64,000 nt of DNA from Mytilus californianus (lineage: Eukaryota): the NCBI RefSeq assembly GCF_021869535.1, contig NW_026262659.1, positions 7,936,001 through 8,000,000 on the forward strand, given 5' to 3'. Below, piece after piece: positions 51,401 through 63,051 of the stretch (within the stretch, counting starts at the first letter, position 1; the number at the start of each line of letters is the position of its first letter). The notes below the pieces were generated by a model, which was not told where the DNA came from, did no database searches, and saw only the letters and a program-made list of their open reading frames with translations. The position numbers and the translations under genes were made by a program.

Positions 51401-53810
51401 AATAATATAAATGACTATGTTCCAATGTGTTTGCCTTTTTCATACATCCTTTGAATTCCTACTTTGATGATACAGCGAGCCAGTTTAAACATTTAATTGC
51501 TATCATTCCTTATTCAGCAAATCTTTAAAAGAGTCATTTGTTTGATAAAAATGAAAAACAGTACATTGTTTTTAAATTTTATTCTTTTTTGCACCATTTT
51601 TGCATTTTAAAAATATATAAATGTATAAAACTTTTTTTTTTCATGCTTACTTGCATAGAACAATTACAATCACATTGTGCCATACAAAAAAAGTTGTTTA
51701 ATACGTATAAATGCTTTAAAATTTATAAAGCTACATATATCTTTAACTGTGTAACATATTATAAACACTGTTCTAAGTATGCCTTTCTTAATTCATACAA
51801 ATGGAAGGGGAAAAGCCTTATTGATTTTGGGGTCAATAAATGAATAGGTCAAACATTTCTCAGCAATGTTTTCCCAAACGTTCAGGCTAGCCATGGTCAT
51901 GAGAAACTCTCTCAAAATTTAAAGGGGGGGGGGGCTCCAAAAGTTTTTCTGTATATATTAGAGATCAGTAAAAAGTATAACAAAGTTACAACCAATATGA
52001 CCATTACTTTTTTCAATTTTCAACAGTATTATTGGGTATGTTGAGGACCTTCCATTAACAGGATTAGGGATAGGTTGGTTGTGCCAACTTTCTAATTGTT
52101 ATAATTTGTATTACACACAAACATAAATAAAATTAACTTTAGTTTGAAGTGTGGACCAATTTTTCGAAAAAGTGATTTAAAATTCTTTTTGTGACATGCA
52201 ATCTTTAATATAAAAATCGTTCCATTTTTATCATGTGACAACTTAGTTTGTATGGCACTACACATAATGTCAATAAATAATAGATATATTTACACATAAC
52301 AATATCTGACAATGTTAAGGAAAATTTTAACATAATCAACAGATTGATAACAATACTGACTCAACAGTATGGAGGGATAATTAGTATAGTTATTGCACAA
52401 ATTGTAATTATAATTTGGTCGTTAAAAAAATATGTACAATACTGGTAATTACACTTTTGCCATTTCTGATAAAATCAACAATGTAAGTTAAATAAAAATA
52501 TTTTTCAATAAAAGCTTCTTCCATTCCAGAAATAAATAAATACAGGTTTTGAAATGTTATTTCTTTAAGATTCTAATTGTTTTGAATTTGAATACTCTAA
52601 TCCATCATAAATCTCAATCCAATGAATTTCTGTCACCCATTATATGAAAATCAAAATTATGAATCAACTATACGATCTAGCTATGTAAAATTCTAACTTA
52701 TTAAAATGACGATCCAGGTAAAACATTATTAACACACACAGATAATCTTGTAATGTGAAACCCAAGGTATTAAATTCATTTACTTTTAATACTGAAGTGT
52801 TCTATCTTTAATAGAACTTTTCTGTTTGAAACATTAAAAACTTCACAAGAAAGAAAATAAATGATAATTTATCATATAAATAAAGAAGATAAATGAATGC
52901 AGGATAAATTTTTCCTTAACTTTTCATTTTATGTTTACAGGTTTGAAATGTTTTTAATAATGGCAAGTAGACAGGCACAACCATATTTGTATATATATTT
53001 ATTTATCATTTCTCTACCCAAAAATAATGAAGTGCTAGCTATATTGTTCGGGATATATTTGATCTACAGGATAAATATTTCACCATTCTATCACCCTGTG
53101 TCTGTCTTATATTAAGAATAAATACAAGTGTAAGTAAAAGGGTACTAAAGTTTGTTAAAAGTAGCACAATCATTTTTCAATGTTAATAAATTATATTAAA
53201 AAACATATTTATAACAAAAAAGTAAAAGAAACAAAATCTTTTGTGTATGGTTAGAAGTGTGCAGTAATTATTATTTAATTGAAACAATATTCTAAAACAT
53301 AATTCAAAAATGTAAGAAAGAAACTAAAATTAGATTGATAATTAACCAGCTGGCTACTATTGTCTATTTTTAAAACAATCTTAAGCAGATCCAAGCTCAA
53401 TTCTACATTTATTTAAAATATTCTTTGACAGTTTAACTGTCGAATCATAAAATTTCAAATAATTGAAACTAAATTTAATAATAAAACATTAAATATTTTT
53501 TGCATCTCTAAGTTTAAATTCTATCACACTTTAAGCTATCTGCCCTCTAACAACTATACTACACAACAACAATCATACAACACTTACACATTCACACAAT
53601 AAATTTCCAAATACAGCTTTTTTTATCCTCCATATCAGGTACACATATGATTTGCATTGAATATCAACAAACATACATATATAAAAATGTAACAAGAATC
53701 ATTGTCAAAATAAGAGGAAAGATTTAGTACAGAGAAACAATAACAAATAAAATCTCCAGAGTATTGAATATAACTGCTGCCTACATTGGAATAAGGGAGG
53801 TTTATATTGT

Positions 53811-53910
53811 TCATTCAGCTGTAATGGCACATCTTCTAGGTAATACACAATAACTCCAACTGTCATATTCTTTTTTTATAACTGGTGACTCATCAGAATC
53901 ACTGGTTGAC
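53811..53910 (-). CDS. CCNG: Cyclin G terminal exon 8
   Basis: ttttcag|G STSDSDESPVIKKEYDSWSYCVLPRRCAITAE stop; phase matches exon 7. Confidence 0.75.
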
Positions 53911-56900
53911 CTGAAAATAGAAAATTGATTTTCAAAAAATTATAAAATAAAAAATTTACAAGAATTTTCCTGTTTTGTTGTTAGTTTGGTGTTGCTGTCT
54001 CATGTCTAATATTGTCTTTCATTCAGATTAGACAAACAAATATATGTCTGTTTACGGTTAACCAACCGACCCTTATTTGAGCACTGACATTAAGTTATTT
54101 TATTTCTGTCATCATGGTTGTAAAGAGAAAAATTAACCGAACTTGTGTCAAAAGCGAAGTTAAAGAGTTGCCAATAAATTTAATCAATTGTCTGATACAT
54201 CCAAATGTTTGCAATCGTGAATATGATAGCTGTTTTACGGAAATTTGTGACTAGTGTGATGAAATAAACACTTTGCCACCAATTTTTTCCAACCAATAAC
54301 CAAGGGAAATAATCGGGAAAATACAGACCTCTCAACTCAAAATCATGTTGCAAAAAAGAAAATGGAAATACCGACCTAAAGATTTGGTCAGTTGAAACAC
54401 CTACAACATGAATTCAAGGATATATAAATATCAGTTTTTTCTTTTGGAAATAAGTAGAACTTGTCCTACATGTACATATGTTCATAACTTTTTTTGTGTA
54501 CATAAGTTAGCTACATATATGTATTTCGGTGCTTATGTTACTTCTTTATTATTCTGAATTTTATCAAGTTTGGGTGCATTCAATATCCCTTTTTTCTACT
54601 TAATGTTTTGTGCATTTACTTTTAAGATACTTAGTAAGATATTAAGGTGAATCTCAATAACAAGTCTGATGTGTGCCAACAAACACGTGATAAAATTACA
54701 TAATCTACTCACACATAAATTGTAGTCACAGGGTTTTCATAAATAGTAGGTAGATCTGTATCACCATAGGCACTAGGTTTTGTCATCAAGTTTATCCTTG
54801 GTTGAGGTTTTGGCAGGGGGAGACAAGCTGGATGACTGCTTGGGTAATTACAATAATTATAAAGAATCTTAGTTACTGATTCATAGCACTCATAAAACTC
54901 AGAATCTCCTATCTGGAAGACAAAATAAAACACATTTTGTATTAAAGAATTCTTACAAATTGATAAGAGCTTAAATAATTACCATGTTATTTTATAACTA
55001 ATACACAACAATCTCATAAAGTTCTATAAACATGCACTGGATTTAACAATGGGCTCACTTGAAGAAATCTACATTCCCATCGATGATTATGAGATAGCAA
55101 TAAGCAGGTTTGCAAATTTGCTTTCTCATCACTCAGAAGTCAGTGCTTTGTTACTGGCATGATTTAACACAAACGTTTCTTAAATTGTCCATTTTTAAAT
55201 TAAGAATTTTCAAGGAACTAAGGATCCAACTCCCTCCAGCAGAGTTGACCTAAGATGGATTTGGCTATTATTTTAGGTCACTTCTGGTCATATAGCTCTT
55301 CATCATGGAATCATGTGTTTCTGTATTAATACCTCCTTGGCTTCCATATATTTGGCTTTGAGAGTTCCAGATGAAGGTAGATCCAGAAAAGCTATTAGGA
55401 CACACATTTGACACTTAAAATTTATAAGCGTTATTTTCATATTTTTTCCAAATCATGATGGATCAATTTTACAATTATATGAAAAAGTATTATTTGAAAA
55501 ACTTGCAACAACAACTCCTTTAATACATTTAACTTCTATAAGACTTACATCACATATTCCATGAAGCTGTAGTAGACAGTGACTTAAGGCTTGGTTTAGC
55601 AGATCAGATTCCTTCAAATGTAACTGTACCAAGGAAATGGAAAGAGTTGGAATCTAAAATAATGAAATATACATTAATGCTCATAAAATTGAGAATGGAA
55701 ATGGGGAATGTGTCAAAGAGACAACAACCCGACCATAGAACAGACAACAGCAGAAGGTCACCAACAGGTCTTCAATGCAGCGAGAAATTCCCGCACCCAT
55801 GTATACAACTGTTTATTTTCCTACTCATGATCAGACTTAATTATTTCAGTCTGCAAACAAGATAAAAATGTCTCATTGTCTAATATTGGTAGACATTTGT
55901 ATCATACATGTATACTTGTCAAGTTCAAAATTTCACGAAATGACAATCAGATTTAAAGTTCCTCATTCCAAAGGAAGAAAAAATCTTAAATTTCCACTTC
56001 ATCAAAAGAAATAAAATCTATGTTTTTAATGCAATTCTTTTAAAATGGCTATTTTGATTGGATCACATGCAATGAAGGGAAGCTGACATTTTGAATTTTG
56101 GAATTCATTGTTATGAGATTTCTCCAATTATAGAACAAAACAATCATGTTGATACTTTGAATATCAGCTTTTTTGTCAAATTTTGTTTGTTCAGTCAGAA
56201 GGGAACATGAAGCCTAAAACCTAAAAGTGTAGCTATGCTGTAAGACTGTTCAAAGTGCCATAGACAAGAACAGCATTTTGCAGTATTTTTTTTAATTAAT
56301 TCTAACTTTTTACACCAAAATAATGACTAAATTGGAATGTTTTATTTATTTGCTTTAAAATGGAGATAACTGCCGAATGACTCGATTGTATTTTATTCTG
56401 TGCATCTGTAAAATTTGGTCTTAATGTAAATTTGTTTACTTAACTCTGCTACATGTAGCTGGGAAAACTCAATTTAAGATGTTGTAAATCTACATTTTAC
56501 ATTGATCAAGCTTAAAATACAATACAATTTATATTCTCTAGAAGTGATGATATACAAATACCACATATATAGCAATTTCACATCGTGCATGCATACCAAA
56601 GTAAACAACCTTTACCCATTATAAGAACTACACTATAAGCATGTACTTACAGTATAAAGAATACAGTTACTGTAGTTAATGCAAACTTCAAACTTTTGAA
56701 GGAGGTCATCTAGTAAAGAGCTTGGAAGACTTGGATTGACTTTACTCATTATATCACAGATGTGTTTAAGGATACCAGAACAGGTAACAGGCCAGAGTTT
56801 CCAGTTCAGCTTTTCAAGTACCACCAGTTCCATTCTTTTCAAATCTGAGGCTTTCCACATCTGTCTGTGAATGTGTGATAACTCTGTAGCTGATGGGGTA

Positions 56901-59900
56901 TCCTAAATTGTACAAGTATTCAACATAGTAGTATATAGAACTTCAGAAAGATAGTCTTTTAAAATTTTAAACACAGAATTACAATGTATTGCTTCAAATC
57001 CATTGAGCTAGATTGGAACCTGCTGTTTAGTGCTATTTCATGTATTTGTTGAGATTTGCTGAAGCAAGAATTTTCAATTTTCAGATTATCATTCATTTTC
57101 CGAAAGGACAAAAAAGAAAATGATGTGAAAAATTTAACATGTTGGGTAGAGTAACAAAAAGTAATAAGATTTGAATTTGTATTGATACAATTGAGAATTT
57201 GTTGATAAGATTTTATAAATGAGTTTACCTCAGGTTCTTCATTAATCTTTGTGGAAATATAATGACAAGCTGTAACTAAACATGACAGGTACTTGTTCTG
57301 AACCTGAAGTGGATAAAATATTATTGTTATACATAATCTTATACTGTATTAACTATTGTTTAAATGGGTACATGATATAATTGGAGGAATGAACATGCTA
57401 AGACTTTAACTGTGAATTTTTACATTTCTGTAAATTTATTGTAATCAGTAAAAGAATTTTTTTTATTTATTCTTCTGCTACTATTTATTGCATTCCATTT
57501 AAATGGCATCTTTTGTTGCCAGTTAAAATCATTTGATTGGTGTTTGCTTTAAGCTGCCTCAGCATCAAAAGGCTATATCGCAGCGAGCAATTACATTTGA
57601 CATGATTAGTTATGCTCTTGTGACACCTAAGGTGTGAATAAAGGCTGAATTTGATATTTTATAAATTTGTTGATTTGTTTTTAGTATGTCATGTATGTCT
57701 AGCTTAGCCTACATGTTAAACTTAAACCAGCATTAATTTGTTTTGTGGCAATTTTCTATGCTTAACATTTGTACATTAACCTTAAATTCACAAATCTAAA
57801 CAATATTACAAATTTTTTTTTACCTAGTACATTGTACAAAATGTTGTATATTACAAATGCTCCTACCTTTACTTTTGAAAGAACAAAATCTAAATACTGT
57901 ACAGCTGTTGCAAATGTTTGGGAGCTAAAGTTGTAGAACTGATTCAAACATCTCAGTGATGACACTGCATTGTCTCTCTGGTCATTGTCTGCCACATTCT
58001 CCAACTTCCCAGCCTATATAAATATAAAGTAAAATGAAATTGATATTTGCAAATCTGGACCCCCAAACAGGATCAAGTAAAAATTAAACATTACAGCCAA
58101 TTTCATTGAGTGTGTAGGAAAAGGTAAAATCTTTAGTTAGCTTGCTTGCTAGCTGAACTGTGAAGTCATTATTAGGTTAGGTAAACTACCCTCCTTTATG
58201 AGTAGACTAGGCCAACAGACAGATAGAATTGGTTATCTGTGGGACTAGTCTACTCATAAAGGAGGGTAGTTTACCTAACCTAATGATGACTTCACAGTTC
58301 AGCTAGCAAGCAAGCTATTATAAACCAAAGATAATACCTATTCCTACACACTCAATGAAATCGGCTGTAACGCACACAACAAAAATAAAATACCACATAA
58401 CAACTGTGACATCTACCTTCAAAACAAAAAAAATATAGCTATAAAGAAATTTTTGACGGCTCCTGACTTAAATCAATTGAACAGATACAATCATTGATAG
58501 ACTATCTATACAAAATGGAGAGTTGTCTCATTGGCACTCAAACCACATCTTCCTATATCTATAAACTTATTAATTACACCATTTCTGTTCAAAGGGAAAT
58601 ATAACTCAATCATATAATAAATATCCCTTTAAAGAATTTTAGTAAACAATATATTGCTTTACTTTCATGACTTTAGTCCTGGAAATATGGAAAGGACACA
58701 AAATAACTATACATGTCAAATGATGAATGTTTTTTCAAACTTGTGTTAAAATATATTTTTTTAATTCACATATATAATGCGAGCTGCGTCGGATAGAAAT
58801 CGACCTTATGCAAGTGCACGAATGTATGTACATGTACAAGACTTTGATTGATTTTGGAAGATTCAAATATGAAATAAAAGACGAATTTTGGTCTATTTTG
58901 TGGCATTTCTTTCATCAACTCATTTTTACATGTAAAACATTTACAGACTTTGCATAAAGATTTTTTCAACCCGAAATAAGTTAACAGATGTATTGATATC
59001 CATTTGCATAAGGTCGATTTCTATCTGACGCTGCTCATATTACATGTATGCTTGAAATGGAACATATCATGAGAAATGCAGCAACTTTTCCAAAAGATGA
59101 ATATTTGAGTGTGTTCAAATGATATTTCTTAAGATTACCAGTAATGTTATTCAAATTGGAAACTCACCAGATTTTTTCTGAATGGACACTTTGCCAGTTT
59201 CACCAAATCATTCATCAGATCTTTATACAAGACGGACTCCTAAATTAAAACGAAAAGATGTGTGTTGGCTAGCTCATTTCTCAAGTTCCTGAACAATTAC
59301 TTATTTATATAGTATCATACAACCAAGTAGTCTAATAACATCTATCAATGTGATGCAGTGGGTATATATTTAATCTCAAATGAAATTTTTGGCATGGACA
59401 TTTTGTTTGGTAATAAGTGAAGTCATGGAAGTGGAAACAACTGTTCGTGCTGTTTTCAGTAAAATTTGTTTGCATGATCTTTAACATGTTTAAGCAATAA
59501 ACATTTAAAAGTGGCATATTCCAAGTGACAGATTTTTTTAATAAAGAAAGCCAGTATTTTCCATCTTTGACTATTTATTTTAGCATTTCATGTAATAGTA
59601 CAAATTTTGAAGATGCATGATGTAGCTTAGCAAGAACAGTGATAATTCTGGTGGGTATGTCAAATTAGCCTACTGTAGGACTTCACATAAAAAGGGGGCT
59701 GGGTCATCTTCTGTATCAGGTCACCCTTAATTACATTAAATAGAATCATGTGGTACATTTGTTTTTGAGTATATGAATTCATGTGCTTATTTTATTCATG
59801 TTAATAAAATTCAAATTTAATAAAAAGAAATGAATTTTTAATCTCAAACTGGTTGGCTTCAATTCTGGATCAGTATTCATTTCTTATCATAGGATTGATT

Positions 59901-61127
59901 TCTATGATTGTTTCATTAACTAGCTCTTGTGGTTTAATTATTGTATGCATAATAAGATGAATTAATGAACTTAGTAGATTCGATATGTTGGCCAATGAGA
60001 CTATCTACAGACGACCAAAGTCCCCAAAAAGTAGTTTTTAAATTTTTTTTATAATTATTAATTAAAAAGGTACATGTAAATAACATCAAAAGCTAATGTA
60101 TTTATCCTGATTTAACCCTGAAAACATTAGTTTTGTGTTCTATCATCAAAAACAAAGTCTAAGGTATGAAATATTAGCAGACAGCGTTTTAATGTTTAAA
60201 AATAATTTCCTATTTATTGACATAAATTTGAATAAACATGATTAAAAATCAATTTCTAAATTATTTTATCACTAACAATCCACCAAGAGATTTCACAGGT
60301 AAGTAAGTACATTACCTATATATTGTAAAAAATATGTTTTAATTACTAATTAATTACACGTTTTGTGTCTGTCAATCATTGTTACTAACACTTCATTTCC
60401 TTTCATTTAACATGTTTAATTTGATCAGATGAATTACAATTGAATAAAAGAATCCCCCCCCCAATTCAAAATTCCATTTGTTAATTCCTTAATTAAAGTG
60501 TTTTATTGCTGAACACTATCAGTGTTAACACGGTTAATAATCACAAATCTGATAAAATACTACTGTCCTGACTAGTCTATAGAATAGAAAATGCAAATCA
60601 ATTTTTTTTCTCAACTTTCTAGTTTATTCATTAAATAAATGATCAAAATCTGTATCTGTTCCTCATTTGAAGTCTATGCTTCAAAAAAATGTTTTTTTTT
60701 TCTTTTTCTTTAGTATTTTTATAAAATAAACAATGAATGCTTGATATGTTCCAAATTTGAAGTAAATCCTGTAAAAAATTAAATTTTTAAAAAGCAATTT
60801 TCTCTCAGTCAGGATATTAGTGTGGCACCCAAGAATATCAAGGATTTATATAGTAAAGCCTTGATACAATTCATATTAAAAATACAAATAAATATATAAT
60901 TTTGATTGAAGAAAGGAGACGTGTTGAAATCAGAAAAGCAACCGTATAGGCGTAGAATTACTTAATGGTACAAGAAATATAAGCCTGTAAGGCAGGCAAA
61001 AATTCCACAAAACTAATCAGTGACATAAAAAAAGCAATTCTACCTTTCTGTCATCTCTTTGTTCGATCTCAGAGTCTTGTGGATTGCAGGTTGATGGCAA
61101 TGCCGCAACAAGTTGACCACTAACCAT
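53811..61127 (-). CDS. CCNG: Cyclin G (G1/G2 family); 8 coding exons, 1035 nt, 344 aa
   Basis: Exons 61127-61044, 59239-59168, 58013-57867, 57303-57229, 56902-56651, 55653-55549, 54912-54713 and 53910-53811 join in phase. Cyclin box TFATAVQYLD...KYLSCL...SDLKRMELVVLEKLNW is present, plus a C-terminal DLPTIYE resembling the cyclin G ELPTIPE motif. Confidence 0.85.
54713..54912 (-). CDS. CCNG: Cyclin G exon 7
   Basis: ttccag|IGDSEFYECYESV...DLPTIYENPVTTIY GT|gtgagt. Confidence 0.88.
55360..55403 (+). ncRNA. Degenerate hammerhead-like remnant at a repeat 3' end
   Basis: gagagttc CAGATGA aggtagatcca GAAA agctat ta ggacac; the core has a mutation (CAGATGA for CTGATGA) and stems I and III are disrupted. 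Confidence 0.4.
55549..55653 (-). CDS. CCNG: Cyclin G exon 6
   Basis: ttttag|IPTLSISLVQLHLKESDLLNQALSHCLLQLHGICD|gtaagt. Confidence 0.8.
56651..56902 (-). CDS. CCNG: Cyclin G exon 5
   Basis: atttag|DTPSATELSHIHRQMWKASDLKRMELVVLEKLNW...CILYT|gtaagt. Confidence 0.92.
57229..57303 (-). CDS. CCNG: Cyclin G exon 4
   Basis: cttcag|VQNKYLSCLVTACHYISTKINEEPE|gtaaac. Confidence 0.92.
57867..58013 (-). CDS. CCNG: Cyclin G exon 3
   Basis: atatag|AGKLENVADNDQRDNAVSSLRCL...TFATAVQYLDFVLSKVK|gtagga. Confidence 0.92.
58094..58367. mobile_element. 274-bp fold-back MITE flanked by TA
   Basis: TA-CAGCC...gcttgcttgctagctgaactgtgaagtca...tagactag mirrored, ending GGCTG-TA. Confidence 0.88.
58768..59050. mobile_element. 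MITE-like element with about 50-bp inverted ends
   Basis: gcgtcggatagaaatcgaccttatgcaa versus ttgcataaggtcgatttctatctgacgc. Confidence 0.7.
59168..59239 (-). CDS. CCNG: Cyclin G exon 2
   Basis: atttag|ESVLYKDLMNDLVKLAKCPFRKNL|gtgagt, phase 0-0; supported mainly by splice sites. Confidence 0.7.
61044..61127 (-). CDS. CCNG: Cyclin G exon 1
   Basis: aagATGG start, MVSGQLVAALPSTCNPQDSEIEQRDDRK|gtagaa, phase 0. Confidence 0.65.
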
Positions 61128-61289
61128 CTTGACTCAATTTTAAACTGGCAAAATTAGCTCACAGCTAACAACAACCGACTCTTTCTTTACTGTGTTAGCA
61201 TGATGATTTGAGCTTCTTCTTTTTAATTTTTTTCTGAGGTATTTTGTTGGTGGTTATGGGCAGACGATCTCAGCTGTCAATATCATCTG

Positions 61290-61372
61290 CAAATTCAAAT
61301 CTTGGCGGACGCCCAGTGTTTGCAACACTCGCCGCGATTGGTTCACTAAATAACCTGGCTATTTCATTGGTC
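61290..61372 (-). promoter_or_regulatory. Candidate cell-cycle promoter module: two CCAAT boxes, GC-rich E2F/CDE-like site and CHR-like TTTGAA
   Basis: ATTGG at 61337-61341 and 61366-61370, TTGGCGG at 61302-61308 and TTCAAA at 61294-61299, within a local CpG-rich patch about 170 bp upstream of the cyclin G ATG. Confidence 0.5.
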
Positions 61373-62931
61373 GAAACTTTTATCAATTCTTCTGATCTAA
61401 AAATAAAAGAAAAGTTTGTAAATAAACAATTGAAAAACCAAAATTTGAAGATAAAAGGTCTTTCTTCCCCCAAAAAATACTATTTAATATCTTAATACTT
61501 TGCTTTCGGAATGCATAAAACAAATCTTTACCTAGATGTGCAGTTTATCAAAAATTTCTTACCAAACGGGCACCTGCTATGTTTTGACAGTTCAGTCGAT
61601 ACGCAGCCTGTTCACAGTCAGTGTATTCAGTATGCGCTTGTAAATTAAAGCCTCAAAAATATCCAAAAAGTTTTATGTTAACTTGTGTAAATACCAAAGA
61701 TATATTGACAAAAACCATTGCTATTCTTTTTTATTTGATGCCTATGCAGAATTATCGAAGCATTTTTCGAAAAGTTAAATAGTGGCATTGCGCATTAATT
61801 TGTTATGTAAATATTTTTGTGTATTCCCCGAACTTCTTTTACATCTCATTATCAAACAAGAATTTCTTCCTTTTATATTGCAAATTTCGCAAACTGAAAA
61901 CCATGGAGGTATAAGAGAAAATTTAGAGGTCGACTTAATTTTCATGGGCCAAAGGAACATCTTTGTCCAGGCTCTGTTCCTAGATATTGCACAGGTAAGT
62001 TTCTGTTACACTGTATTCTGTAACCACCCAAATTTGTGTATTCAGAAACAAATTTTTGTCATGGCAGCCATTTTAGATGTTTAGAAATGTCAAAATTCAA
62101 TGATCAAATGTTGTTTTCTAAATCCAACTGACTATTTTTATCAAATTGCTAGTCATATGTCAGTACTTGATAAATAAAAAATGTAATTTTTCCCCTGTAA
62201 ATGGTTAGTTATTTCATCAGACTTAGTAACCCACCCGTAGCCAGAGGCAGAGGCAATTTTACTGAATGATCAGCTGTTTTTGCTTGACAATTAATTTCTG
62301 AAGTTAATTATTTAAACATGTTTTGACTTAATTAAAGTAATTACATATTTCTAATTCACACGAACAGTAACATCATATATTCATAAAGATAATTTCTTAG
62401 AATTTCATCATTTTTAAGGTGGAACATTCTGGAATTTTTCTTATAATATAAGCATATAAGCATCAGAGAAGCTACTTTTCATTTCACTGTGTTATCACAC
62501 AATTTAACATAATAATAATTGAAAAATAAAGAATGTATATTGTGTGTCTCAATTTATTTTATGAAATAATAATGTCACCCAATTTATCAATTCTCAACTG
62601 GTGATTAGTATTCCACTAAATGGTGAACAGTTTCCCAAATTACACGAATGAGTAACTCTACATCCCTCAAATGAAGAATATTTTCAAAGATTAAAGTTTT
62701 AGTCAAATCTTTTAACTTGAATAGGCATATATTCTTTTGAAAATTAGAAACACAATCCTTATCTTCTTGTAAAAAAAGTTTGGTTCCCTTGAAAAATGTT
62801 GTATTGCAACTTCTTAGTAATTCAGTTGAAGACTATGTATACATGTATATTCAACTTTTGGAAATGTTGCAGCCTTTTTTATTGATATTTGTTTGTCTTT
62901 TAGTTATCTTGGTGCACAGTTGAGGGTCAGG

Positions 62932-63051
62932 ATGAGGCTTCACAATGGAATAGATGCTGAGCATCTGATGCAGATGCTTAGGCAGAACTTACAGAAAGAA
63001 CAAGACCAGTGGAAACCAAAGGCATACAAATCTGTTGATATTGACACATCG
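62932..63051 (+). CDS. CCNI: Cyclin I-like, first coding exon; gene continues beyond the window
   Basis: MRLHNGIDAEHLMQMLRQNLQKEQDQWKPKAYKSVDIDTS|gtaaga resembles the recalled CCNI N-terminus MKFPGPLENQRLSFLLEKAITREAQMWK. Upstream exon donor CAG|gtaagt at 61994 and strong acceptor at 62903. The cyclin box is not in the window. Confidence 0.6.

Noticed and set aside
61270-61473. Minus-strand ORF ending SEELIKV...DDIDS as a coding exon
   Set aside because: It stops upstream of the cyclin G ATG, has no recognisable homology and overlaps promoter motifs.
61782-62084. 100-aa ORF as the cyclin I N-terminus
   Set aside because: It starts at GTG, reads through a consensus donor at 61995, and does not resemble cyclin I; similarity begins at the ATG at 62932.
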